This document shows positions 18,923 to 28,567 of a stretch of 64,000 bases of DNA, piece after piece. This stretch comes from Spirochaetia bacterium. Its GTDB lineage: Bacteria; Spirochaetota; Spirochaetia; SZUA-6; Fen-1364. The stretch is taken from NCBI GenBank assembly GCA_049519415.1, contig JBEKQU010000008.1, forward strand, positions 24,516 to 88,515, in the 5' to 3' direction. The notes beneath the pieces are model-generated. The model was not told where the DNA came from, ran no database searches, and saw only the letters and a list, made by a program, of their open reading frames with translations. Position numbers and translations under genes: made by a program. The first letter of the stretch is position 1. Every line of letters starts with the position of its first letter.

Positions 18923-21742
18923 TCATACCTCCTTACGATCATTTATTTCCATCCTGGCCATTGTCTTCAATTCCTCAGCGCGTGTACACCCCGCGAGGGC
19001 TTTTTTCAGCTCGCCAGTTTCCTTCGCATCTTCCAGCAAGGGAATCGCGAGTCTGTACTGGATTTCTGCCGAACGGGGATCGCCTTTGAACAACGAAATA
19101 TCTCCAAGGATCCTGTGGGCCATTCCCAATTCTTCCCCCTTGCCGATCGTACCCATAGCCGTCAAGGCTGCACAAGCATTCCGGGTTGCTTCATCGGGCT
19201 TCCGCATCGCCAGATCCACCTCCGCAAGGCCGGCATACGCCGTGCTGATGTAGCGTGGATCCCCCCGATCTTGAGCCAATGAGAGAAGCTTTGAATAAAA
19301 CTTGCCGGCCTGGGAATAATCTTCGAGGTGGTGGTAGGTGTCAGCGATGTTGTTGTAGACCCTTCGAAGATCATCCGTGTCGCCCAGGTCTTCCTGAATT
19401 GCAATGGCCTCCTGGAAACAGATCAAGGCCCCGACGTAGTCCTGGCTTTCAAATAGGGTGATGCCGTCATTGTTGATTGCTTTCGCTTCTTCCCTTCGAT
19501 ATCCATTGATCCGAAATATCTCCCGAGACGCCGCGAAATGAGAGTGTGCCGTGTCATAGGAGCCTTCCCGCCAGTCCATGAGGCCTATTGCCGTCTCCAC
19601 AATTGCAGCAAGGGGCGCATCATTCAGACGAAGGGCGAGCTCCATCGCCTTTGAGCTGAAATCTCTCGCCTTTATCAGCTGATTCATTCGATAGTACCCC
19701 ATTCCAATATCTGCCATGACACGGGCGGTTCCTCGCTCGTCTCTTATTTCCGCATACTCCTCCAGGCTCTGTTCAAATTCCTTCAGCGAGGTCTCGTACT
19801 CCCCCCGTTGCCGCGCCATGACCCCGCTGGCGTGGAGAAGGCGCGCGTGGAGCGGTGCGGGGAGGTCGCTGGAGCGGTCGAGCGCCCGCGTAAGCCAGTC
19901 CTTGCCATCCCGCAGATAGCATCTGATTTCCCAGAAGGGAAGCATTGCGACGGCAGCGCGCGCCAGGCTTTCCCTCCGATTCTGGCGCTCAAACCATTCC
20001 AGCGCGCCGCGGATGTTCTCCCAATCCGCTTCGATCCTCCGCAGCCAGAGTTTCTGTTGGCGTCCCTGAAGCTCAGCCTTCTCGATCATGCCGAGATAGT
20101 ACGCGGCGTGAACATTACGGATTGCTCCGACATCACCGTCTGCCTCGAGCTTTTCCCGGCCATACTCGCGAATCGTCTCCAGCATGCGCAGCCGCGGCTC
20201 TGAGCCCGCCTCAGCGTCGCGAAGAAGCAGACTCTTGTTCACGAGGGATTCCATTCCATCCAGCGGATCCAGGGGGATGCGTTGAGAGGTCTCGCACAGG
20301 GATTCCGCCGCTTCGAGGCTGAACCCCCCCGCGAACACCGAGAGCAGCTTCAGAAGGGAGCGGGCGGTCTCGTCCAGCAGCTCGTAGCTCCAGTCGATCG
20401 CGGCGCGCAAGGTCCGCTGCCGATCCGGCAAGTCGCGGGGACCCATGGTGAGCAGGCTCAGCCTGTTGTTTAGCCGCTTCAGTATCTCCTCGGGCGAGAG
20501 CAGGCGCGCCCGCGCCGCCGCGAGCTCGATCGCCAGGGGGATCCCATCGAGGCGGACGCAGATCTCCGCGATCGCCGGCGCATTCTCGTTCGATACATGG
20601 AACTCCTGGTTGACAGCCGCCGCCCGCTCAATAAAAAGACGCACAGATTCGTATTGCGTGAGAGATTTCAAGGAGAGCGGCTGCCGGCCCATGGGCCGGG
20701 GAAGCTCCAAAGGCGGGACCGCGAATACCCGTTCACCCCGCAGCGAGAGGGATTCCCTGCTGGTCGCCAGGAACTTCACATGAGGGCATGAGGAGATCAG
20801 GGCCGCGACGTGGGTTGCGGCGGCCACCACCTGCTCGAAATTGTCCAGCAGCAGCAGCATGCACTTCTCTTTCAGGCTGTCCGCGATCTCTGCCAGCAGG
20901 GTGCCGCTTCCCGTTTCACGAACGTGCACCACCCGGGCGATCGCCGGGATGACCAGCTCGGGATCCGAGAGGGGAGCGAGATCGATGAAGTACACGCCGT
21001 TGCGGAAGTCCTCGATCAGGTCCGCCGCTGCCTGCAGCCCAAGCCGGGTTTTTCCCATTCCCCCGGGGCCGGTCAGAGTGACGATGCGCGTGTCACGCGC
21101 GGCGAGCAGCTTCTCCAGCGCGGCCAGCTCCCCTTCCCTCCCGATGAGAGGGGTGAGCTGGGTCGGCAGGTTGTGGGGGTGGAGGTCCAGTGAATTGAGG
21201 GGGGGAAAATCAGCGGGAAGCAGCGGGTGGACGATCTGATAGACGCTCTCGGGACGGGTGAGATCCTTCAGCCGCTGCTCGCCCATCTCCCGGATCGACA
21301 CGCCGTCAGGGAGGGTGTCGCGAACCAGCTCGCAGGTGACCAGGGAGAGGAGCACCTGTCCCCCGTGCCCTATGGAGAGAAGCCTCGCCGCCCGGTTCAG
21401 CGCCTGCCCGAAATAATCGTTGTCTCTCTCCTCGGCCTCGCCGGTGTGCAGAGCCGCGCGCACCAGGATCGGCCGAGGCAGGTCCCACGTCTCCGCTTTT
21501 AGTGCGAGCTGCGCATCGATTGCCGCCCCCAGGCCTTCCAGGGCGGTTTCGAACGAGGCGCAGAACGCGTCTCCGACGGTCTTGAAGACCCACCCATTGT
21601 TTTTTTCAATTGCTTCGCGAAGAATGGCATCGTGGCGCGCCAGGGCGACCCGCATCTTTTCAGGGTGACTCTGCCACAGCTTCGTGCTGCCCTGGATGTC
21701 CGTGAATAGGAAGGTAATGGTCCCTGTCGGAAATGGCGGCAC
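18923..21742 (-). CDS. Class III adenylate/guanylate cyclase + STAND (NB-ARC/AAA) ATPase + winged helix + TPR repeats
   Basis: FTDIQGST, KTVGDAF, NRAARL; GPGGMGKT, LLLLDNFE, TSRE, LDGIPLAIELAA; TPRs at the C-terminus. GTG 21742 follows GAGGA; ATG 21778 is an alternative. Confidence 0.88.
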   Translation of the reverse strand: MPPFPTGTITFLFTDIQGSTKLWQSHPEKMRVALARHDAILREAIEKNNGWVFKTVGDAFCASFETALEGLGAAIDAQLALKAETWDLPRPILVRAALHTGEAEERDNDYFGQALNRAARLLSIGHGGQVLLSLVTCELVRDTLPDGVSIREMGEQRLKDLTRPESVYQIVHPLLPADFPPLNSLDLHPHNLPTQLTPLIGREGELAALEKLLAARDTRIVTLTGPGGMGKTRLGLQAAADLIEDFRNGVYFIDLAPLSDPELVIPAIARVVHVRETGSGTLLAEIADSLKEKCMLLLLDNFEQVVAAATHVAALISSCPHVKFLATSRESLSLRGERVFAVPPLELPRPMGRQPLSLKSLTQYESVRLFIERAAAVNQEFHVSNENAPAIAEICVRLDGIPLAIELAAARARLLSPEEILKRLNNRLSLLTMGPRDLPDRQRTLRAAIDWSYELLDETARSLLKLLSVFAGGFSLEAAESLCETSQRIPLDPLDGMESLVNKSLLLRDAEAGSEPRLRMLETIREYGREKLEADGDVGAIRNVHAAYYLGMIEKAELQGRQQKLWLRRIEADWENIRGALEWFERQNRRESLARAAVAMLPFWEIRCYLRDGKDWLTRALDRSSDLPAPLHARLLHASGVMARQRGEYETSLKEFEQSLEEYAEIRDERGTARVMADIGMGYYRMNQLIKARDFSSKAMELALRLNDAPLAAIVETAIGLMDWREGSYDTAHSHFAASREIFRINGYRREEAKAINNDGITLFESQDYVGALICFQEAIAIQEDLGDTDDLRRVYNNIADTYHHLEDYSQAGKFYSKLLSLAQDRGDPRYISTAYAGLAEVDLAMRKPDEATRNACAALTAMGTIGKGEELGMAHRILGDISLFKGDPRSAEIQYRLAIPLLEDAKETGELKKALAGCTRAEELKTMARMEINDRKEV

Positions 21743-21827
21743 TGTCCTCTGCGCGCTCCGCGCACCCCCCCTACTCATCGAGTATAGCTGGCGCGGAGCG
21801 GAATGCAAGCCGGCAGCTTCCTTGACG

Positions 21828-22892
21828 TCAGCCCCGAGGCCGCCAGTCTGCGTAACCGGGGTGGTTTCTGCCGATGGGCAGAGTGACGGCCTGACCGGTC
21901 CCCGCGGAGGCATAGATGGCTGTGATAGTTTCCAGCACCGACCGCGCGTCTTGAAGCGTGACCGGGGGCAGGGATCCGGTCTCCAGCGCAGAATGGAAGG
22001 CGCTGAACTGCCCCGGGAAGCCTTCGGGCTGAACTGCGAAATCGCCAAGCGCCTCATTCATCCGGCGCCCGAACACCTCGGAATCAGGGCAAAAGCTCCA
22101 CGGCTCGCTGGGGTAGCTATAGGCCGCTCCATTGCTCTCCGCGCTTAATCCTTCGAAACAAAAATGAAGACGGCTTCTCTCCTCCGCGGACCCGGTTGTC
22201 AGGGCGAAAGCGCAAAGCGATCCATCCGCCATGCAAAGTGATGCCGTGAGGCAGTCCTCGGTCTCAATCGGGTTGACCCGGGTCGCGGCATGCGCAAAGA
22301 CCGACCGCACGGGCCCGGCAATGTAATGGACAAGGTCGAGCATGTGGATGCCCAGCGTGACCAGGGGGCCGCCCAACTCGGTCGCCCACTTCCCCCGCCA
22401 GGGAACGGCGTAATAGTCGGCCTTCCGCCTCCACGCGGTCTCCGCCGTAGCCAGGTACGCGCGGCCGGGCACCCCGCGATCGATAAGGAACCTGAGCTTC
22501 TGCACGCCGGAGCCAAATCTGTTCTGGAAGATCGGCATGACGCGCCGGGCCGCGCGGGCCTCGGCGTCGATCAGCGCGTCCGCGTCGCGGAGCGAGCCGG
22601 CCACGGGCTTTTCGCAGATGACGTGCTTCCCGCGCGACAGCGCCTCCCTCACCTGGGGCGCGTGGAGGTGGGAGGGGGTGCAGACGTCGATTACATCCAG
22701 GTCGTCGCGGGCGCACAGCGCGGAGAAATCCGTGACGACCGTCGGGATGCCTTCGGCCGCGGCCAGGGTCCGGGCCCGCTCAGCGTCCACGTCGCACAGG
22801 ACCGAGACCTGGAACTTTTCCGGCAGCTTCCGGTAAGCCGCAATGTGCTCCTTGCCAATCCCGCAGCCCACAACTCCAACACGCAGTTTCAT
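21828..22892 (-). CDS. Gfo/Idh/MocA family oxidoreductase
   Basis: VGVVGCGIG, ICEKPVA, GGPLVTLGIHMLD. Confidence 0.9.
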   Translation of the reverse strand: MKLRVGVVGCGIGKEHIAAYRKLPEKFQVSVLCDVDAERARTLAAAEGIPTVVTDFSALCARDDLDVIDVCTPSHLHAPQVREALSRGKHVICEKPVAGSLRDADALIDAEARAARRVMPIFQNRFGSGVQKLRFLIDRGVPGRAYLATAETAWRRKADYYAVPWRGKWATELGGPLVTLGIHMLDLVHYIAGPVRSVFAHAATRVNPIETEDCLTASLCMADGSLCAFALTTGSAEERSRLHFCFEGLSAESNGAAYSYPSEPWSFCPDSEVFGRRMNEALGDFAVQPEGFPGQFSAFHSALETGSLPPVTLQDARSVLETITAIYASAGTGQAVTLPIGRNHPGYADWRPRG

Positions 22893-23051
22893 GTCAGCAC
22901 CTTATCGGCGCTGGCGAGAAAAGGTCAAGGTGGAGCGCGACATCGCAGTAATTCTCAGTAGGGCGACATGGCGGCCCGGTCACGACGCGCCGCGAATTGC
23001 CGGAGCGCACAGTCTGGACATCAGCGGAGCGAGCACGGTACCATCTCCGCC

Positions 23052-23245
23052 ATGCATCCTTTGGAATGCATGGAGCCCCGCGATCTCAAGCAGAAGCTGC
23101 AGACCATGTGGGATGTTTCGGCGCGAAAGATCCGCGCAATGGAACGCTCATTCGACCCTGCGCAGGGCTCGCCCGGGGAGACCTGCCCTATTCCACGGGG
23201 CAGTTGATCATGGTGGACGGCGGGCTCACGGTCCGGAGGTTATAG
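23052..23245 (+). pseudogene. Chimeric remnant: 5' end of a glycoside-hydrolase-like gene joined out of frame to the 3' end of an SDR oxidoreductase
   Basis: One frame reads MHPLE...KLQTMWDVSARKIRAMERSFDPAQGSP; another reads LARGDLPYSTGQLIMVDGGLTVRRL* (typical SDR C-terminus TGQxIxVDGG). Confidence 0.65.
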
Positions 23246-23250
23246 GATAT

Positions 23251-24165
23251 ATGGCGTACTTCACCGGTTTTGCGGATGAGGCGGGGCGCGACATCGACAC
23301 GCAGATCCGCGCCACTCAGGCGCTGGGCTGGAGATTCATCGAAGCCCGGAACGTGAACGGCGTCAATCTCACCGACATCAGCGACACTGAGTTTGAGTCG
23401 GTCGCCGCCAAGCTCCAGCAGGCGGGCATTGCGATCAACTGCTTCGGAAGCGCTGTTGCCAACTGGGCAAAGGATCCGCGAACGGAAGCGGACTTCCAGA
23501 AGAGCCGTGAAGAGCTCAAACGCGCCATTCCCCGCATGAAACGGCTGGGAACGCGCATGATCCGGGGCATGAGCTTCGTGCTTGTGAAGGACGCCCCGCC
23601 GGATTCAGAGGAGATCCAAGGCCACGTGTTCAGGAAGGTGGCGGACCTGGTCAGGCAGTGCGAGGATGCCGGCGTTCTCTACCTGCATGAAAACTGCATG
23701 AACTACGGCGGCCAGTCCTGGGAGCACACCCTCAGGCTGCTCGAGCGCGTGAAGTCCCCCAGTCTCAGGCTGGTCTTCGACACGGGGAATCCGGTCTTCT
23801 CCTTTGACCGGCGGGGGAAAGAACCGTACAAGCTGCAGAGCGCGTGGGAATTCTACCGCAACGTCCGGCCGTTCATCGAGTACGTGCACATCAAGGATGG
23901 CCGCTACATCGGCCCTTCCGACGGCCTCTTCCCCAAGACGGAGTACACGTGGCCGGGAGAGGGGAACGGGGAGGTGCGCCGCATCGTCACTGACCTCGCA
24001 AAAACAGGCTACGACGGCGGGTTTTCCATGGAGCCGCACATGACCACCGTGTTTCACGTGGCGGGAGCAAACTCCCCCGAAGAAACGATGTTCTCCAACT
24101 ATGTGGAATACGGCAGGCGGTTCGCACAGCTCGCCGCCGAATGCGGGTTCGTCGCGGCGCGCTAA
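23251..24165 (+). CDS. Sugar phosphate isomerase/epimerase (xylose isomerase-like TIM barrel)
   Basis: TGFADEA, LHENC, FDTGN, VHIKD, SMEPH. Confidence 0.85.
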   Translation: MAYFTGFADEAGRDIDTQIRATQALGWRFIEARNVNGVNLTDISDTEFESVAAKLQQAGIAINCFGSAVANWAKDPRTEADFQKSREELKRAIPRMKRLGTRMIRGMSFVLVKDAPPDSEEIQGHVFRKVADLVRQCEDAGVLYLHENCMNYGGQSWEHTLRLLERVKSPSLRLVFDTGNPVFSFDRRGKEPYKLQSAWEFYRNVRPFIEYVHIKDGRYIGPSDGLFPKTEYTWPGEGNGEVRRIVTDLAKTGYDGGFSMEPHMTTVFHVAGANSPEETMFSNYVEYGRRFAQLAAECGFVAAR

Positions 24166-24212
24166 GCCGGGCCGGCGCGGTCACGCAAGGCAACGTACGT
24201 GCCCGCGCGCCT

Positions 24213-25499
24213 CTACCCGAACAGCTTGTCAGACTCCTGGCGCGCCATCCTCACCCATTGCGCCAGCCTCTCCGGGTGGCCGTTCAAGGTGTGCACATCC
24301 TTCATGATGATCTCGATATCGCAGCCCCGTGCGATGGTGAACGTCTTTCGAACATCGGCGCGAAGGGCATCCTCGTCAAAGACGGCCGTGCTCACCTGCG
24401 CGGGGTTGGGCTTGCGCGAATAGACGCAGCGTCCCGCCAGGGCATCGGCCATGAGCTTCTCATCCGCCCAGGGCGAGACGGAGACGCTGCGCAGGTTGGG
24501 GATCCTGGCGAGCACGCGCCACCGGCTGTGCACCGGTTCGCAGCAGCCGTAGTAGACAAGGCCGAAACGTGAGGCCAGGTCGAGCTGGTAGGGGAAGATG
24601 AACCGCTCGAACATCTCAGGCCCCACTCCCACGGTCTCCTGCGACTCAAGGAGCAGCCACAGATCCCTTGTTCGCACCGGCCGCGCGGCGGCGGCGTCGC
24701 GCTGAGGCGCGGCGTCAGGCTGAGGAAGCTCGCGCGTATGGCCACGGCTGCCGGATCCGGTGTAGTCGTTCTCATTGTTCAGCGTGAGAAGGTCATTGCG
24801 CTCCAGCCATTCGGCGAACGCGACATGGTCGTCGTGCAGGAATCGCATCAGGCGGTGAAGCCCATCCGGATCGTCATACATGAAGAGCATCAGGTTTTCC
24901 AGGCCGATCAGGTCGATGACGGTCCACGTCATGCCAAATGTCCACCAGAAGGAGCCGCGGATGCGCACCGGCAGTATCCCGTCGAACACCGCCTCAAGCC
25001 GCGCCTTCTCCGCGAGCGTCCCGTCCCTGTCCACGCTGAACTCGCGCGCGCGCAGCTTGCCGAAATCCCGGGAGATGTCGCGGATCGGGGGATCCCATCT
25101 CCGGGCCCCTATCTTCCCGTCGTCCCGCTTGGGAACGTGCACAGCGGTCTCCGAGGGATCCACGTACGGCGTGGCCTGCACGCGCCAGCCCACGTCGATC
25201 CACGGCTCCAGCACGTGATCGTCCTTCACCACTTCGTGCTCGTACAGCTCGGCGCGCAGCAAACGCTCCCGCGTGCGCGCCCACTCATCCGAGCATTGGA
25301 GGACCGTGTCCGGCAGCGTCTCGTCCATGACTCCGCTGATCTCCGCCAGCACCATGGGCCTCACACGCTGCAGGCCATTGTGCCGATACCAGAGCTCCCT
25401 GCGCTCGCGGTTCAGCGGGGAAGAGGCGATCTGCGCCTTGCGCTCCGCAAGGGATCGCAGGACATCGATGTCGCGATGGGGAAGATGCGTGTCGCGCAT
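24213..25499 (-). CDS. Uroporphyrinogen decarboxylase/MtaA-like superfamily protein
   Basis: GLENLMLFMYDDP, ESQETVGVGP, YYGCCEP, SVSPWAD, RKPNP. Confidence 0.6.
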   Translation of the reverse strand: MRDTHLPHRDIDVLRSLAERKAQIASSPLNRERRELWYRHNGLQRVRPMVLAEISGVMDETLPDTVLQCSDEWARTRERLLRAELYEHEVVKDDHVLEPWIDVGWRVQATPYVDPSETAVHVPKRDDGKIGARRWDPPIRDISRDFGKLRAREFSVDRDGTLAEKARLEAVFDGILPVRIRGSFWWTFGMTWTVIDLIGLENLMLFMYDDPDGLHRLMRFLHDDHVAFAEWLERNDLLTLNNENDYTGSGSRGHTRELPQPDAAPQRDAAAARPVRTRDLWLLLESQETVGVGPEMFERFIFPYQLDLASRFGLVYYGCCEPVHSRWRVLARIPNLRSVSVSPWADEKLMADALAGRCVYSRKPNPAQVSTAVFDEDALRADVRKTFTIARGCDIEIIMKDVHTLNGHPERLAQWVRMARQESDKLFG

Positions 25500-25574
25500 G
25501 AAGGGGAGAATAGCCGCATCGCCCCTTTGCCGCAATGCGCCGGCCCCGAGCAGGCCTGTGGGGGCGGGGCTTGT

Positions 25575-26489
25575 TCAGCGGGGAAAAAGCAGACGGGCAG
25601 CGGCTGAAATGTGCGCGGGAGACGTCCCGCAGCATCCGCCCACCACCCGGGCTCCGCGCTCTATGCAGCGCGCAAGCCCTTCAGCGAACCGGGCAGGCTC
25701 CATGTCGAAGCGCGCTTTCCCGTCGACCAGGCGCGGCTTTCCCGCGTTGGGCTGGACCACTAAAGGGAGATCGCTGGCGGCGCGAAAAACCGGAAGCATC
25801 TCGGCGATTTCAAAGGGATCAAGGTCCCCGCAGTTCGCGCCTATCGCATCAGCGCCTTCCCGGGTCAGCGTCCGGGCGCACTCCTCCGCAGAGTTTCCCA
25901 TGGCCGTGCGGCCGCCATTGGCCAGTGTCTGAAACGAAAGGGTCACCAGGACGGGAAGCGCTGAAACCCCTTTGCACCCCCGAAGCGCGCACACGGCCTC
26001 CCGGAGGTCCATCACGGTTTCCACGATGAACCCCTCCACGCCTGCCCCGGCCAGGATCAGCGCCTGCTCCTTGAATGCGGCAATGAACTGCTCCTCGGTG
26101 AAATCGCCGTAAGGCTCCAGGAGCTGCCCCGTGGAGCTCAGGTCTCCAAGCACGAACGCATCAGCGTTCACGCCGGCCGTCGTACCCCCTGCCGCGGCGC
26201 GCGCGTGCTCGACCGCTGCCCTTGCCAATGCGGCGCCGGCGGTATTGATCCGAGACACGTCGGAGGTGATGCCGTGGGACTCCGTGAAAATCCGGTTGTC
26301 GGTGAGCGTGTTGGTGATGATGCCGCGGGCGCCGGCGCGGAGATATGCATCGTGGATGCTTCTGACCGCCTCGGGGTGCAGCAGGTTCTGCGCCCCGCCC
26401 GGCGCAAAGCCGCCTGCCGCAAGCTGTGTTCCCATGGCGCCGTCCAGGAGGATGAGGTCCCTGCCGCGCAACAGCTCTCTCAGGTTCAT
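25575..26489 (-). CDS. Homocysteine S-methyltransferase domain protein (stand-alone MetH N-terminal domain)
   Basis: LDGAMGT, GANCG, PNAG, GGCCGT zinc ligands. Confidence 0.9.
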   Translation of the reverse strand: MNLRELLRGRDLILLDGAMGTQLAAGGFAPGGAQNLLHPEAVRSIHDAYLRAGARGIITNTLTDNRIFTESHGITSDVSRINTAGAALARAAVEHARAAAGGTTAGVNADAFVLGDLSSTGQLLEPYGDFTEEQFIAAFKEQALILAGAGVEGFIVETVMDLREAVCALRGCKGVSALPVLVTLSFQTLANGGRTAMGNSAEECARTLTREGADAIGANCGDLDPFEIAEMLPVFRAASDLPLVVQPNAGKPRLVDGKARFDMEPARFAEGLARCIERGARVVGGCCGTSPAHISAAARLLFPR

Positions 26490-27220
26490 TATTGCTTCTC
26501 CAGAGGGGCGTGCGCGGAGGGCAGCAGGCTCTCCACCTGCGCTACTCCGGCCTTCCGCCTGCGGAACACGTGCACCTCGCCGCCAGAAGCGGCAACAGAG
26601 CCGTCGCTTTCAATCACCAGCGCGGAGCCCGACACGATCCCATATCCGACCGCGCCGACCGGCCGCAGCGCAAGGGCCGCTCTTAGCTCCCCCCATCCGT
26701 CGGCCTCGCCGTGAGTGTCGCACAGAACAGGAGCAATGCCCAGGCAGGGGAAGAGCTCCGCGCTGCTGTCGTCGCGCGGATCGGCCCACCGGATCCACGA
26801 ACGGGCGAGCATGATGCTGCCCGCGGAGACTCCGAAGAACGGCTTTCCCGCTTTGTACAGCCCGCGGAGGAAGGAAACCATGCCCTTCTCCGACAGCACC
26901 CGCATGCCCTCCTCCACGTCTCCGCCCGAAACAAAGACGATGTCCGCGGCTTCCAGCACTTCCCTGGCTTTTTCGACCTTGGCCCGCCGGCCGCAGAGCG
27001 GCGCAAGGATCACGTTCCCCGTGCCCGCCTTTGCAAGCATTGCGCCAATGAGAAGCCGGAAGGCGGCATTATCGCCCGAGGCAGCGCCCACGTATGCGAC
27101 TCGCGGCCGCCGGATGCCGGTCCGCCGCACCATCTCCTGCAGCAATGGATCAGGCCCCCGCGAGCGTATGGAGTCCCGGCCGCCTGCCAGGAGGTAAAGC
27201 GGAAAGCGCGACTCAGACAT
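26489..27220 (-). CDS. Peptidase S51 (peptidase E/cyanophycinase-like) protein
   Basis: VSGGD, GVSAGS nucleophile, DTHGE. Confidence 0.75.
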   Translation of the reverse strand: MSESRFPLYLLAGGRDSIRSRGPDPLLQEMVRRTGIRRPRVAYVGAASGDNAAFRLLIGAMLAKAGTGNVILAPLCGRRAKVEKAREVLEAADIVFVSGGDVEEGMRVLSEKGMVSFLRGLYKAGKPFFGVSAGSIMLARSWIRWADPRDDSSAELFPCLGIAPVLCDTHGEADGWGELRAALALRPVGAVGYGIVSGSALVIESDGSVAASGGEVHVFRRRKAGVAQVESLLPSAHAPLEKQ

Positions 27221-28544
27221 GCACCGCCTCCTCAAGGGGGAACGAACGCAGCGCGAGGAGGAACTTGCCCGAGGCTTCAGGCGCCAGCATGGGCGCCCTT
27301 GTCACCTCAAGGCGGACCCGGGGTCCGAAAAGGGCGCGCAGCGCGTCTTCAGCTTTCCGCGCGATCCCCCGCGGCCCGCCGTGCTCTTCCACAACGGCGC
27401 AACGAACGAGCTCGGGCGAATCCTGGTCGACGCGATACTGTTCAAGACCGTCGACCGCGGCGAGCGCCTGGTCGAGCTGCCGATGGGTCACGATCGTGCC
27501 GTCACCCGCCACGCACAGGCTCTTGAGCCTTCCCTCCACGGCGGAGAGCGTGATGCCGAAATCGCGGCCGCAGGGGCAGGGATCAACGGAAACACGGCCC
27601 ACGTCGCCAATCTCGAAGCGCAGGAGCTGGAACCAGTCATTGCCCAGGGTCGTTGCCACGATGCGGCCCAATCCCCCTGGAGGGACGCCCGGCTTCCCGT
27701 CCCCGCCAGGGAGAGGCACCATGTCCACGCGGCAGGTCTCCGCGTTCTGGTGGAGCCTGCCGTGCTCGCATTCCATGAAAACATACCCCGCCTCTGTGGA
27801 TCCGTACGAGCTTGCAATCGGGGAATGGAAGACGCGGCGAATGGCGCGCAGGTGCAGTTCCGACGGGAACTCGTACGTGAGGGTGATAACCGGGGGCTGC
27901 CACGCCTCCACGCCGTTCTGGTACGCCCAGCGCGCCACGCGCGCCAGCAGCGAGGGATTGGCTTCGAGCACCCTGGGCTGGTATGCGGCGATTTCCGCGA
28001 GGATCCGCTTCTCGTGGCCCTGGGGCCAGGCCACGGTACTGCCGTATTCGTTGAGGAACAGAAACCTGCCCAGGGACCGGGCAGTCCTGTCCAGCGGGGC
28101 GCCGTCGGACCGAGGCCCCACGGAAAGCGCGCTGGCCAGGATGGCCTCGGGATGCGTTCCGGTGGCCGCGCGCGCGGCTGCGGCATTGAGAGCCCACGAG
28201 GCGCGCTCGGACTCATCCCACCATTTCTGGTTCCAGATGTTCTCAAGCACCTCGTCCGCCGTGCCGCTGGTGTGCACGTACCCCACCTCGCCGCGCGCGC
28301 GTGCTGCGTCGAGGTCCCTGCCCCTGGGCACCAGCCCGTAGGGGAAGTGGGCGCGGATATCGTTCTTGGTGAGAAGCGGAAGGCTCTGGTAGCGTTCGTC
28401 CACGGAGCGCGAGACGCCCGGGTCCCGGGACCGCCAGGAGGCGTAGAGAGGAGTTTCTTCAAGGGCGATGGAGAGGGCATGCCGGCATCGCTCCTCGTAG
28501 AGCGCTCGCGCATCGAGCATTGATTGAGAGTGTGTCACCGTCAT
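27213..28544 (-). CDS. Phenylacetate-CoA ligase/F390 synthetase-like adenylate-forming enzyme
   Basis: HTSGT, SYGSTE, RFEIGD, VEGR, EASGKF; RBS GAGGGAG. Confidence 0.75.
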   Translation of the reverse strand: MTVTHSQSMLDARALYEERCRHALSIALEETPLYASWRSRDPGVSRSVDERYQSLPLLTKNDIRAHFPYGLVPRGRDLDAARARGEVGYVHTSGTADEVLENIWNQKWWDESERASWALNAAAARAATGTHPEAILASALSVGPRSDGAPLDRTARSLGRFLFLNEYGSTVAWPQGHEKRILAEIAAYQPRVLEANPSLLARVARWAYQNGVEAWQPPVITLTYEFPSELHLRAIRRVFHSPIASSYGSTEAGYVFMECEHGRLHQNAETCRVDMVPLPGGDGKPGVPPGGLGRIVATTLGNDWFQLLRFEIGDVGRVSVDPCPCGRDFGITLSAVEGRLKSLCVAGDGTIVTHRQLDQALAAVDGLEQYRVDQDSPELVRCAVVEEHGGPRGIARKAEDALRALFGPRVRLEVTRAPMLAPEASGKFLLALRSFPLEEAVHV

Positions 28545-28567
28545 GTCTCCCTCAAGCTGCCTTGCCG

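Noticed and set aside
21743-22057. N-terminal extension of the 1044-aa ORF overlapping the Gfo/Idh/MocA gene
   Set aside because: It overlaps a real gene in another frame; TATACT at 21781-21786 and an RBS before GTG 21742 indicate a later start.
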